A stretch of DNA of 64,000 nt from Promethearchaeota archaeon (GCA_048938385.1 JBHLMG010000002.1:1-64000), one strand, 5' to 3'; shown: positions 18,858-29,107, counted from the stretch's first letter. Made by a program: numbers and translations. The notes: generated from the letters alone by a model not told the origin.

Positions 18858-19433
18858 TTAGGACGCGAAGGATGAATAAATGAACGGATGCAATCGTTCT
18901 CGGAGTTCGGCTAGACGATTATAGATAAGAAGGCGTGTAGTTTGGTCAAACAACTCTGCGACATTCTCACCTGATCGTGCAGAAGTTTCAAAGTAGTTAT
19001 CAAATTCAAGGTTAATGTGATGTTGATAAGCTTCCGCTCGAGATATTTCTCTTTGAGAAGCCAAATCAACCTTATTTCCGACGAGAACCGAGGGCACTTG
19101 ATCAGGTACAGCCTGGCGGAAGGCTTGTAACCACCCTTGCAGGTTATCAAAAGTCTCTGGTCTAGTTAAGTCAAACGCAACTATCACTGCGTCACTACCA
19201 AGAAAATAGAGCTTCCGAACACTTTCGAACCGAGGTTGGCCTGCCAGGTCCCATATAATTAGTCGGATTAGCACATCACCAACAATGATTTCAGAGCAAT
19301 TGAGTTGAGTTCCAATGGTCTGTAAATACGAATGGTCGAAGGTTTTATCGATAAAACGAGTAATCAAGCTAGTTTTTCCAACCATTGGATCTCCGATGAC
19401 TACCAGCTTGAAAGTATGCTCGTTCATTGCCAT
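18858..19433 (-). CDS. Rab/Ras-like small GTPase
   Basis: GDPMVGKTS, YLQTIG, WDLAGQ, NKVD, ETSAR. Confidence 0.94.
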   Translation of the reverse strand: MAMNEHTFKLVVIGDPMVGKTSLITRFIDKTFDHSYLQTIGTQLNCSEIIVGDVLIRLIIWDLAGQPRFESVRKLYFLGSDAVIVAFDLTRPETFDNLQGWLQAFRQAVPDQVPSVLVGNKVDLASQREISRAEAYQHHINLEFDNYFETSARSGENVAELFDQTTRLLIYNRLAELRERLHPFIYSSFAS

Positions 19434-19673
19434 GGGGGGTCGCTCGCATCAGCCTACTACTGTCTAAGTCGTTCAGATAGGAGATTTAAATTATATTATG
19501 ACGCAGTACCCCGGAGGATAAGTTCCCTAAATGGCTTTTCCTCGTTTCTTGGGTGTTTACTCCTTCATCCTTCGTTCATATGAAGGATTTAATGGCGCAA
19601 AAGCTCTGAACTACCTGTCTCTGCGATATATTTAAGCTGAAAAAATCGTAGTGCAACCAGGAGCGTTCCTGAA

Positions 19674-21008
19674 GTGACAATTCAAATCGATGATGCCGGA
19701 TGGGGGGATCCCGTCGGTGGAGTAATTTTAGGTATTTTCCGCATAGAAACCAATGAGTATTTGGTTAAGGAAATAGAAGTTACTCATTTTCAGGGTGATA
19801 ATTTCGCCCAAAAAACCTTCTTAGACCGAGGCCTTAAACTAGTATTAAACGCCCTTCAGTGCCTGAAGGTTGCTAGGGATGAACCGATTCAGGTTTGTCG
19901 GGGAGCAGTTCTGGACGGGGTCCGAGCTGGCCTCAAAACGAAAGGCTATGATGTGATTCCTACAAAAATTGAGGGCTATCTCCAAGAGCTTGTTGAGACG
20001 AGTTTTGTAGATACCCTAGCATCATATGGCATCGTCAATCTCCCCCGAGTCAGTGGAAAGGAGCGCTTCTTTCGTCAGCTAGAATGGGTGCAGGATGACT
20101 TCAAGCGTCGAGAACGCTTTGCTAAGACCGGATGGAAGAACTGGTCTACAAAACTTCGAAGGTGGCGACCCAAATGGCGTCGCGGTCAAGCCAACTCCAT
20201 GGCTCCGCCTATTATCATTAAATTGGGCGGAAGCATCATTTCTGATAAAACAAAAAGATCAACAGCGCGTCTGAAAACCATTCGGCGATTAGCTTCAGAA
20301 ATTGCTACAGTAACAACCCACCCCATTATTGTCATACATGGAGGAGGATCCTTCGGCCACTTCCCCGCTCAAGAATACACACTACGCGAAGGGGGAAAAA
20401 GTAAACGGAAGAAATTAGGAGTAACAGAAACGGCTTTAGAAATGAACAAACTCACCCACCGAATTCTTTCGGCTTTTCATGAGGTTAATCGTCCTGCAAT
20501 TCTGATTCGCTCATCTTCTGCAATCGTATCAATAAACGGTAGAATCTCTCACATGGACTTACAGGCGCTCCGAGAATTCCTCCGGCAGGGCTTCATTCCC
20601 ATCCTCTCAGGTGATGTTGTAGCGGACACCGTAACCAATTTCACCATTGTTAGTGGAGACCAGATCGCGATGTATTTGGCTCGGATCCTCCAGGCAAAAC
20701 TAGTCATCTTTGCCACTGATGTCGATGGATTGTATACGGCTGATCCCAAAGAACAGAAAAACGCCCAGCGAATAGAGTTGATTACTCCTGAGACAGTAGA
20801 TGAAATTCTTCAAGAAATTGCAGTGGGTGAGGCAGTAAAAGCTGCAGATGTAACTGCTGGTATGCGTGGCAAGCTTGCTGAAATTTTCAAGGGGCTTCCT
20901 GAAAATTGCGAAGTTCTTATCACAGATATTCGCAAACCTGGAACTCTCCAGCGAATAATCGCTGGTCAAGCTGTTCCTGCAACTCGATTGCGACAAGGAA
21001 AAGTATAA
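19674..21008 (+). CDS. Fusion of an N-terminal RNase HII-like domain and isopentenyl phosphate kinase
   Basis: aa 1-165 begin IQIDDAGWG (cf. IDEAGRG). From Met at 20199: IIKLGGSIISDK, HGGGSFGH (IPK His), SGDQ, DVDG, DVTAGMRGK. Confidence 0.85.
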   Translation: MTIQIDDAGWGDPVGGVILGIFRIETNEYLVKEIEVTHFQGDNFAQKTFLDRGLKLVLNALQCLKVARDEPIQVCRGAVLDGVRAGLKTKGYDVIPTKIEGYLQELVETSFVDTLASYGIVNLPRVSGKERFFRQLEWVQDDFKRRERFAKTGWKNWSTKLRRWRPKWRRGQANSMAPPIIIKLGGSIISDKTKRSTARLKTIRRLASEIATVTTHPIIVIHGGGSFGHFPAQEYTLREGGKSKRKKLGVTETALEMNKLTHRILSAFHEVNRPAILIRSSSAIVSINGRISHMDLQALREFLRQGFIPILSGDVVADTVTNFTIVSGDQIAMYLARILQAKLVIFATDVDGLYTADPKEQKNAQRIELITPETVDEILQEIAVGEAVKAADVTAGMRGKLAEIFKGLPENCEVLITDIRKPGTLQRIIAGQAVPATRLRQGKV

Positions 21009-21045
21009 GCTGGTTTTTCACTTTATGGAGCAATGTTACTGAGGT

Positions 21046-21711
21046 TTGGTTGGCGTGTTTAGCTTCACTTACTTTGGCTATGCCGCTATTCTTGTCCAAC
21101 TTGAAAAACACCTGCTCTTCGATCCCGGTATCATTGATGGAAAACCCTTGGTTGATGTTACTAAGGTTCACCCAGCCTATGTTCTTGTGAGTCAAACATC
21201 TAGTGAACACATCGGAAATGCCAGCGAGTTTCCTCGTAAGCAAGGAAGCCTAATTATTGGCACCGTTCAAGTGCTTGACTTAATACGCAAGGCTGGAGTT
21301 GCTGGGTACGCTGTTGCGGAGCTTAAGAATAACGAAACTAAGCAGCTTGGGGGAAACATCCAGCTTACAGGATATCTCCTAAGGCGAAGCGGATTCTTGG
21401 CTTCCCGCTCCCTTGCTTTTGAGGTCAAAAGTACCCAAGGGTGCATTACCTATCTGGGTAAAGCTAAAGAAATAGGTCCTTTCACAGACACTCAGCCAGA
21501 TTTACTTTGCGTCGCTGTTGGAGATAAGCTTGGTGGCAGTCTTAGTCCAGAAGAGGCGGTCAAGGTAACGCAAGCGATTGATCCTCGCTACGCCCTACCA
21601 ATATGTGGAAATGCATTACAGCGGACCAGATACATTACGCTTATCCAAGCCAGTGGCTCAGCTACCACTCCAATTAATCTTCAAATGGGCGACACTTTCA
21701 CTCTGCTTTGA
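21046..21711 (+). CDS. Metallo-beta-lactamase-fold protein with a degenerate metal motif
   Basis: FTYFGYAA..LLFDPG..YVLVSQTSSEHIG replaces THxHxDH. C-terminal SPEEAVK..PRYALPI lacks the usual His. Confidence 0.7.
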   Translation: MVGVFSFTYFGYAAILVQLEKHLLFDPGIIDGKPLVDVTKVHPAYVLVSQTSSEHIGNASEFPRKQGSLIIGTVQVLDLIRKAGVAGYAVAELKNNETKQLGGNIQLTGYLLRRSGFLASRSLAFEVKSTQGCITYLGKAKEIGPFTDTQPDLLCVAVGDKLGGSLSPEEAVKVTQAIDPRYALPICGNALQRTRYITLIQASGSATTPINLQMGDTFTLL

Positions 21712-21717
21712 TGGCTC

Positions 21718-22518
21718 TTACTTTTGCACCAGCCGTTGGTAGAGTTCAATTCTTCGATCTAAGACAATGTGGTTTTGAGCTGTAATGTTCTTGTCCCGAG
21801 CTTTCGCTGGGTTGATTTCTGCGATCAGAAGTCCAGGTCGGTTTAAAGACCCTTTTGCTAACACATCACCAAGGGTGTTAGTAATTTGACTATGTCCGGT
21901 GAAAGTAAGTGTACGCTCGTGACCGACCCGATTTGCTAGAATGGTAAAGATCCGGTTTTCAATGCTTCGTGCTATCATGGTCCGTTGTGCATAGGGGAGA
22001 ACTAAGTTTGCTGGAATGCATAAGATCTCACAGCCCTCTAACATGAGGATTCGGGCGGCTTCCGGAAACGCCCAATCAAAACAGACCAAGACTCCTATTT
22101 TGACAGATGATATCTCCCATACTTTAGGTGGGATTTGTCCTGGTGTAAACCATTCTTTTTCCCGTGCAAATAAATGGATTTTTTGATAACTTTCCACAAT
22201 TCCTTCAGGGCTAACAATTACTGCTGAGTTAAACACTTGATTGTTTAATCCAAGTTCTGCAATCCCCCCTACGATAGTGATTCCGTGTTCTCGGGCTAGA
22301 TGAATCCAGAGCTGGGTTGTGGAACCTTCCGGGATAGGTTCTGCAAGTCTTAATACCTGGTCTGGGGACGAGAAGTTGTAACCTGTACTGCAGAGTTCAG
22401 GAAAAACTATCAGGTTAACCTCTTGTTTTCCTGCTCTTTGAATGACGCGTTTGAGTATTTTACGATTGGCTTCAGGTTCAGCGAACCTAGGATGGATCTG
22501 GGCTGCGGCTACTTTCAT
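21718..22518 (-). CDS. Carbon-nitrogen hydrolase (nitrilase superfamily)
   Basis: E-K-C triad: FPEL, YQKIHLF, VCFDWAFPE; also ARSIEN. Confidence 0.93.
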   Translation of the reverse strand: MKVAAAQIHPRFAEPEANRKILKRVIQRAGKQEVNLIVFPELCSTGYNFSSPDQVLRLAEPIPEGSTTQLWIHLAREHGITIVGGIAELGLNNQVFNSAVIVSPEGIVESYQKIHLFAREKEWFTPGQIPPKVWEISSVKIGVLVCFDWAFPEAARILMLEGCEILCIPANLVLPYAQRTMIARSIENRIFTILANRVGHERTLTFTGHSQITNTLGDVLAKGSLNRPGLLIAEINPAKARDKNITAQNHIVLDRRIELYQRLVQK

Positions 22519-22710
22519 GGTTATGGTCCCTCTTCCACTTTGGCGTAGCTTGCCTATTTCAGGATTCCTCCCCCCTTTCGACTAATTGCTAGGGTGCAAA
22601 AAAATGCCGTTTCCACACTTCTCTGGGACTCTTTCTTCGATGCGTCTTTGCACCTTTAAGTAGACTTCTACAAGTCTGCTCAACAGTGGCTTTGCATCAG
22701 GTTCCTAACG

Positions 22711-23691
22711 GTGAGTCCTTGTATGAGTATCAGTTCAACTATTCGTTTCCATCTCGATGAACTCCGAAGTATCAATGGTGTAGAAAATATCTTCCTCGCT
22801 CAACGCGATGGGTATCCGATCACAAGCGCTGGTGTTTGGTTTTCCAATGATGAAATCTTTGGTATTTCAGCGGCTGCATCAGCCATCTATGCAGTAGCCC
22901 GACGATTATACACTAATCTTAATTATGCCCTAGTTGAGGGGGAACAAGCAAAGTTTCTCATTGTAGCGTTTCCCAATAATTCCAACTTCTTCTTATCTCT
23001 CACCACCCGGACCAATGTGAACCTGGGCGCCATCATCCACTCCCTTCATCACTGCACAACCCAAATCTACCCTCATCTGTTCGAGCTAGGTTCATTACCA
23101 CCACTCCGAAGCTACACGCCAGGGCAAGAAGCTTCAATCCTGGATCGATTTAAAGCACAGGACAAACCTCTCCATTCGCCAAGTCCGCGTATAAGTCACC
23201 AATCCCTTGTGCTCACCAACTCCATGGTAACAAAACTTCGAGCCCTTTTATCTGATTTCATGAACCTACTAGATGGCGCCCACCCCACTTTTATTTCACT
23301 TAATGGCGGCTATCCCATAACTCCAAAAAACCAGCTGGACCCCAATATAAGCGCCCTTAGTGCGTTCACCTTTGCTTTATACGATACCTGCAAGAAAGTT
23401 GGTTGGATTACTAAACGCACAAACATCTATCAGGTCGTAATTGATTCAGGCCCTCAACACCACTTTATCTATAATACTGGTTCGAGCATCTTCAGTACGA
23501 CTCTGCAAAAGGTTAATTCCAGATTAGGGTATCTCCGACTACTAATACCCACCTTCACCACGCGGATTGAGGAAACCCTAACGGAAGCCACCCAACCTGT
23601 TCTACAACCTCAAGCACACCAGCCAATTCCTACTAACCGCTTCTTAGAAGGTTTCCTTTCTCCCTTTCAACCACCAACGCAATCAAGCTGA
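22711..23691 (+). CDS. Tandem roadblock/LC7 (MglB-like) domain protein
   Basis: Repeat 1: LRSINGVENIFLAQRDGYPI..ISAAASAIY..NLGAI. Repeat 2: FISLNGGYPI..LSAFTFALY..RLGYL. Confidence 0.82.
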   Translation: MSPCMSISSTIRFHLDELRSINGVENIFLAQRDGYPITSAGVWFSNDEIFGISAAASAIYAVARRLYTNLNYALVEGEQAKFLIVAFPNNSNFFLSLTTRTNVNLGAIIHSLHHCTTQIYPHLFELGSLPPLRSYTPGQEASILDRFKAQDKPLHSPSPRISHQSLVLTNSMVTKLRALLSDFMNLLDGAHPTFISLNGGYPITPKNQLDPNISALSAFTFALYDTCKKVGWITKRTNIYQVVIDSGPQHHFIYNTGSSIFSTTLQKVNSRLGYLRLLIPTFTTRIEETLTEATQPVLQPQAHQPIPTNRFLEGFLSPFQPPTQSS

Positions 23692-24256
23692 TATCCAACA
23701 CTCATCGTTTGGAGTAGTAAGTTCTTGTAATTTGAAATAGTCTTCAAAAGTTCTGCCATGAGTGAGGAAATCACTAGTATCCAAACGTTGTCTAAATGCT
23801 AGAGACGAGACGAAAAATCGATTCTATTGAAAGCTGTACATGACAGACTCTCTTCTTTGATTTTGGCACTCTAGAGATATATCAGAGTGGCTGGACGATC
23901 CACATCACCATTTGATCTGCCACTGACCAGGACTATTATGCTGAAACTCGGTCAGCAGTGTTATCTAAAACTGGTTGGAAAATTTTCGTAGTCACCTCAC
24001 AACCCTGCCTTCTCCACGACAACACCCAATCGTGGAAGGAACTACAGTTCTTCATTGGTGGCACATTAGGCAATGATCTACCTGTAGTAATGGCCTTAAA
24101 CAAATAGGATACGCCAAATCCCGTCTCCGACACTTTTGAAAAGCTCTTCTCTTGAATAATGGCGTTCACTTCGTTCATGCTATTACAACAACGGGGCACC
24201 ACATCTGAGAAACCTTCTCCAGGATCTTGTAGGTGGTATTTCACAAAATTCAGTAA
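23692..24256 (+). pseudogene. Decayed MglA-family small GTPase
   Basis: Remnants: LIVWSSKFL*FEIVFKSSAMSEEITS (ruined G1), QTLFFDFG (23844), I*SATDQDYYAETR (G3), KIFVVTSQ, PVVMALNK*D (G4, TAG 24105) and FVHAITTTGHHI*ETF (G5). At least six stops and two frameshifts. Confidence 0.85.
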
Positions 24257-24344
24257 TTTGGCTATGTCATCAAGGTCATCTGTACAATACAACGGGCAGT
24301 CTTTTACACAGGAACATCGTATAAGGGAATTTGGAGTGTCTTCA

Positions 24345-25721
24345 ATGAAACCTAAAGTGTTGACGGAAAACGAAATCATAGAGATGTTAACCAAGGTCAC
24401 CGAACAAGAAATTGAAGACTGCAATGCTCATATCCTCACCCCACTGAAAGATATGATTTTGGCCAGTGGCGTTCCAGGGGGAGCTGTAGTCAAAGATCAT
24501 GAGGGCAATGAATATCTGGATTGCACGAGCCAGGCCTGGACGCTCAATGTCGGATATGTCCATCCTGATGTCATCTTTGCAACCCAGTTCCAGTCTGAGC
24601 GTCTCACTCATGTCCGCTTCGGATACCCGACTGTTCCCCGGATCAAACTTGTCAATAAACTCTCTCAAATTGCTCCTGGTCGACTGAAAAAAGTCTCTAT
24701 TCAAAATCAAGGTGGATCTACTGCTATTGAAGCCGCGATGAAACTTTCCATGATCCACAAACCTGGCGCATCCCTCTTTGTCACACATTGGCTAGGCTAT
24801 CACGGAGCTACGCTAGCCACAATTACTGCTAGTAATTGGATGCCTAATCCCCTTATTCGTTTCTCGAATATCGGACAGCAACACTTCATCAAAGCTCCAT
24901 ACCCTTATTGTTATCGTTGTCGAGGACAACAAGATCCAAAAGATTGTGACCTAGAATGCCTTCACTACCTTCGCAACCTGATTATGTTTGGTACGAATGC
25001 ACCAGTCGCTGGAATCATCATCGAACCAATGCAAGGACCCGGGGGACAAATCCCTGCACCCCAACGGTACATTGAAGCCTTACGCGAATTATGCACAGAA
25101 CTTAATATCCACCTCATATGGGATGAAGCCCAAACGGCCTTTGGGCGGGTCGGCCGTATGTTTGCTGCAGAAATTTATGGGGTTTCACCTGATATGATGG
25201 CTCTCACAAAAGCTCTCGGTGGTGGATTGCCTCTCGGTGCTACTTTAGCAGATGAAAAATTCGGGCAGTTCACTCCAGCAGAAGAACACAGCACCTTTGG
25301 TAGTAGTCCACTAGGCATGGCTGCTGCACTCGTTAACATTGAAGTCATTCAAAGGTTAAACCTCCCACGCCGTGCTGAAATTCTGGGGAACCACATCAGC
25401 CAACGACTCCGAGAAATTCAGGCAAAGAACGACCACATCGGTGATGTTCGTGGTCCTGGTTTGTTCATTGGTATTGAGATAGTCAAGGATAAAGAGGCTA
25501 AGGAACCAGCGAATACTCTTGCTGATACCATTGTTCGTGAAGGATTGAAACGAGGAGTAATCTACGACCTGAGTATGCCCTTCATGCGTTTTCTAAAATT
25601 CCAACGGAATGTCATCAAGATTAAACCTCCCCTCACTATTTCCGAAGAACAAGCGGACAAGGCTGTCGATGTTTTCGAAGAATCGCTGAAAGCAGCGTTG
25701 AAGGATCTAACTGTTTTATAA
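24345..25721 (+). CDS. Class III PLP-dependent aminotransferase
   Basis: DHEGNEYLD, GSTAIEAAMK, GYHGAT, IIEPMQGPGG, WDEAQTAFGRVG, TKALGGG. ATG at 24345 follows GGAGTG. Confidence 0.93.
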   Translation: MKPKVLTENEIIEMLTKVTEQEIEDCNAHILTPLKDMILASGVPGGAVVKDHEGNEYLDCTSQAWTLNVGYVHPDVIFATQFQSERLTHVRFGYPTVPRIKLVNKLSQIAPGRLKKVSIQNQGGSTAIEAAMKLSMIHKPGASLFVTHWLGYHGATLATITASNWMPNPLIRFSNIGQQHFIKAPYPYCYRCRGQQDPKDCDLECLHYLRNLIMFGTNAPVAGIIIEPMQGPGGQIPAPQRYIEALRELCTELNIHLIWDEAQTAFGRVGRMFAAEIYGVSPDMMALTKALGGGLPLGATLADEKFGQFTPAEEHSTFGSSPLGMAAALVNIEVIQRLNLPRRAEILGNHISQRLREIQAKNDHIGDVRGPGLFIGIEIVKDKEAKEPANTLADTIVREGLKRGVIYDLSMPFMRFLKFQRNVIKIKPPLTISEEQADKAVDVFEESLKAALKDLTVL

Positions 25722-25823
25722 CTACTAGGCTTTTTATCTAACTGCGCTCTTGCTTACACTAATGATTACCTTAACTGGTTGGTTAGACCGATTCCTTGAT
25801 AGGAGTAAAGTTGTGGACCAGAA

Positions 25824-26381
25824 ATGATGAATGTCGGGATCCTCAAAGTCTTACTCATCGGTGAAGGCGGTGTTGGAAAAACCAGCCTCCTTAAACGCTA
25901 CACTTGGAACACCTTCGACGATAGCATGAAACTCACCGTAGGCGTAGATTTTGCAGCGAAGAATGTCGAATCTGGTGATTGGAGATCAACACTCCAAATT
26001 TGGGATCTCGGGGGGCAAGTCCGGTTCCGGGATTTAGCCATCTCTTATTTTAAGGGGGCTAAATTAGCCATTGCTGTCTTCGACATTTCTAGTCGCTATA
26101 CAATGGATCGGTTAGACGAGTGGATTAAACATCTATACGATTCTATCCCCGACTGCCCACTCGTTTTCGTTGGCAACAAGGCTGATCTTCGCAATATCTT
26201 CGACGAAACACAATCTTTAGTGTCCCTAGCTGAAGGCATCGAATATGCGGCACGATATAGCGCTCCCTTTATCGAAGCCTCTGCAAAGGATGGAAACGGT
26301 GTCACAGAACTCTTTGATGTGGTAACCTCAATCCTGAAACAATTGTATCCCGATCGTGTTTCCGCAGGATTTGTTTTCTAA
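25824..26381 (+). CDS. Rab/Ras-like small GTPase
   Basis: GEGGVGKTS, LTVGVDF, WDLGGQ, NKAD, EASAK. Confidence 0.94.
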   Translation: MMNVGILKVLLIGEGGVGKTSLLKRYTWNTFDDSMKLTVGVDFAAKNVESGDWRSTLQIWDLGGQVRFRDLAISYFKGAKLAIAVFDISSRYTMDRLDEWIKHLYDSIPDCPLVFVGNKADLRNIFDETQSLVSLAEGIEYAARYSAPFIEASAKDGNGVTELFDVVTSILKQLYPDRVSAGFVF

Positions 26382-26469
26382 TCTTATACAATTAATCCAC
26401 GAGTTCCATTGGATTTTAGCGAAGCATTTGTACCGAAATATTGCACAAGTGACAAACAATTCTTACACC

Positions 26470-26528
26470 TATGATTAATTCTCATAACGTTAGTGCAACC
26501 ACTGTGTGAAAGTTGCAAACATATAAAG
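26470..26528 (+). promoter_or_regulatory. hdr operon promoter with upstream palindromes
   Basis: TATA-like ATATAAAG at 26521-26528. TGCAAC-N12-GTTGCA (26494-26517) and TATGA-N7-TCATA (26470-26486) lie just upstream. Confidence 0.5.
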
Positions 26529-26557
26529 CGAAAGGCGAGTGAATTTCAGGGAAACTG

Positions 26558-29107
26558 GTGGTGGCAGCCATCGCAAAAGCCAAACAACCCAACAAGGAGA
26601 AACCCCGTATCGGTGTCTTTGTCTGTGAATGCGGACGCAACATCGCTGGCGTAGTCGACTGCGCTGCCCTAGCAAAGGGTGCAGAAACCTTAGACGGCGT
26701 CGTCACAACCAAAGTCAACAAATTTACTTGTTCCGACCCTGGTCAGGAAGAAATCAAACGGTTAGTTAAAGAAGAAAAATTAGACCGTGTCGTCGTCGCT
26801 GCCTGTTCACCACGCATGCACGAACCCACTTTCCGACGATGCACCGAAGATGCTGGGTTGAATCAGTTTTTCTTTGAAATGGCAAATATTCGCGATCAAG
26901 GCACTTGGTGCCATGCTAGTGACCCCGAAGGCTGTCAGGAAAAAGCTGGCGATCTGATCGCTAGCGCCGTTGCAAAGGCTCATCACCTCCAACCACTCGA
27001 AGTCCTCAAAGTACCTGTCACCCATACAGCTCTCGTCATTGGAGGTGGTGTCTCCGGCATCCACGCAGCCCTCGATATGGCTGACGCTGGTTATAAGGTC
27101 TACCTCATCGAACGCTCCCCTACTATTGGCGGCATTATGGCGCTCCTCGATAAGTGTTTCCCTACTTTGGATTGTAGCATTTGCATTTTAGGTCCTAAGA
27201 TGGCGGAAGCATCTCGTCATCCAAATATTGAGGTGATTACAAACGCGGAGGTAACGAAGGTTGAGGGATTTGTCGGAAATTTCAAAGTGCAAGTGACCCA
27301 GCGGCCACGGTATGTGGATATCGATAAGTGTAACAGTTGTGGGGATTGCCAAAAGGTATGTCCCGTTCTAGTCCCGAATAACTTTGATGCTAACTTGGGT
27401 TGGCGACATGCTATTTACATCCCATATCCGCAGGCTGTGCCAGCTGCGTATCTGATTGATCCTGACCATTGTTTGGGGCTTAGTCCGAAGGAATGCATGA
27501 TGTGTTATGATGCCTGTAACAAGGCAGGACAAGAAGCGATTCTGCCTGATGATGTTGAGAAAGTCCATAAGTTTGATATCGGTGCCATTATCGTCGCTAC
27601 GGGTTACGAGCCTTATGACCCTACTCCCATTACCGAATATGGATACGGTGTTTATCCGAATGTGATTACTGCCATTGAACTTGAACGACTCATCAATGCC
27701 GCGGGACCAACAGAGGGTAAAGTGATTCGGCCTTCGGATCAGGAAAAACCCCACAGCTTCGCCTTCATTCAATGTGTTGGAAGTCGTGATGAACGCACGA
27801 ATATTTACTGTTCGGGTTTCTGCTGCATGTATACAATCAAGAATGCACTTCTTCTCCACGAGAAATATCCAGACGCGGAAATCACCATTTACTATATGGA
27901 TATCCGCACCAACTTCAAAGACTATGAGGAGTTTTATCAACGCGCCCGTCGGGCTGGTATCCGGTTTCAACAGGGTCGCCCTGCTAAAATCACCGAAGAT
28001 CCCCAGACTCAAAACCTCTTCGTCCACGCTGAGGATATGGCTACTGGTAAACCCACAAAACGCGAATTCGAAATGGTTATCCTCAGCACCGCTGCTGTAC
28101 CTAGTAAAGGAACGGAAGAGCTTGCCCGAGTTCTGAATGTTCCTCTTGGGCCGTCTGGGTTCTATATGGAAGCTCACCCAAAATTGAAACCCGTCGATGC
28201 AGCTACTGAAGGCGTATTCTTCTGTGGTTCTGCACAAGGACCCAAAGACATCCCTGCGAGCGTTGCTCAGGGAAGCGCTGCGGCTGCGCGGGCGCTTCGA
28301 ATCATTACTCAAGATGAATGGGAAATTGAGCCCATCGTCGCGGTCGTTAATCCAGAATTATGTCGGAGTGCTACTGGGAAATGTGGAATCTGTGTCTCTC
28401 GTTGTGCATATGGTGCTATCTCTGCTGAGCCTGGCAAGCCTGCAGTCGTTACTCCCGCGAAATGCCATGGATGCGGGACTTGCGTTGCTGAGTGTCCTGC
28501 TGGCGCAATTACTCAAATGCATTTTACAGACCAACAAATAATGGATCAGATCACGGCGTTACTAAAGGAGAAACCTGAAGACAAGATATTTGCCATGTTG
28601 TGTAACTGGTGCAGTTATGCTGGAGCGGATTTAGCAGGTATTAGTCGGTATGACTATCCAACTAGTGTTCGTGGAATTCGAGTGATGTGTTCTGGTCGAA
28701 TGTCAGATAAATTCATCTTGGAGGCTTTCAGATTAGGTGCTGGCATGGTGCTTATGTCTGGCTGTCGATTGACAGAAACCGGAAGTGATTGCCACTACAT
28801 TAGTGGTAATGTGTGGGCTGAGAAGCGAGCAAACCGAATGAAAGCGTACCTTGAACGGATTGGGATGGACTCGCGTCGGTTTAGGTTAGAATGGGTATCA
28901 GCTGCGGAGGGAGATAAATGGGCTGCTGTCACCACTGAAATGGCTGAACAGCTTAAGGAAATGGGTCGAGATTTCATCGTTGAAGAAAATGACCGGTTAC
29001 GACCTGAAATCGAAAAACGCCTAGCCCGGTTGATAAAGGAAGAGGCACCAGAACCAAAAGCGAAGCCTAAGGCGAAACCAACAACCACTAAGGCGAAGGC
29101 ACAATGA
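26558..29107 (+). CDS. hdrA: Heterodisulfide reductase subunit A fused to MvhD
   Basis: GVFVCECG, AACSP, NIRDQ, VIGGGVSG, FPTLDCSIC, QCVGSRD..YCSGFCC, GPKDI and ferredoxin motifs. C-terminal MvhD: CNWCSYAGAD, RVMCSGR, DCHYISGN. Confidence 0.96.
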   Translation: MVAAIAKAKQPNKEKPRIGVFVCECGRNIAGVVDCAALAKGAETLDGVVTTKVNKFTCSDPGQEEIKRLVKEEKLDRVVVAACSPRMHEPTFRRCTEDAGLNQFFFEMANIRDQGTWCHASDPEGCQEKAGDLIASAVAKAHHLQPLEVLKVPVTHTALVIGGGVSGIHAALDMADAGYKVYLIERSPTIGGIMALLDKCFPTLDCSICILGPKMAEASRHPNIEVITNAEVTKVEGFVGNFKVQVTQRPRYVDIDKCNSCGDCQKVCPVLVPNNFDANLGWRHAIYIPYPQAVPAAYLIDPDHCLGLSPKECMMCYDACNKAGQEAILPDDVEKVHKFDIGAIIVATGYEPYDPTPITEYGYGVYPNVITAIELERLINAAGPTEGKVIRPSDQEKPHSFAFIQCVGSRDERTNIYCSGFCCMYTIKNALLLHEKYPDAEITIYYMDIRTNFKDYEEFYQRARRAGIRFQQGRPAKITEDPQTQNLFVHAEDMATGKPTKREFEMVILSTAAVPSKGTEELARVLNVPLGPSGFYMEAHPKLKPVDAATEGVFFCGSAQGPKDIPASVAQGSAAAARALRIITQDEWEIEPIVAVVNPELCRSATGKCGICVSRCAYGAISAEPGKPAVVTPAKCHGCGTCVAECPAGAITQMHFTDQQIMDQITALLKEKPEDKIFAMLCNWCSYAGADLAGISRYDYPTSVRGIRVMCSGRMSDKFILEAFRLGAGMVLMSGCRLTETGSDCHYISGNVWAEKRANRMKAYLERIGMDSRRFRLEWVSAAEGDKWAAVTTEMAEQLKEMGRDFIVEENDRLRPEIEKRLARLIKEEAPEPKAKPKAKPTTTKAKAQ

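Noticed and set aside
23692-24256. Stop-codon recoding (Sec, Pyl or an alternative code) to rescue the MglA-like gene
   Set aside because: All three stop types occur, along with two frameshifts and a destroyed P-loop. Neighbouring genes use the standard code.
23936-24424. 162-aa minus ORF and the 62-aa N-terminal extension of the aminotransferase (start 24159)
   Set aside because: Both overlap the GTPase pseudogene and show no family motifs. An SD-preceded ATG exists at 24345.
27368-28312. 314-aa minus ORF inside hdrA
   Set aside because: Antisense frame of a conserved gene, with no motifs.
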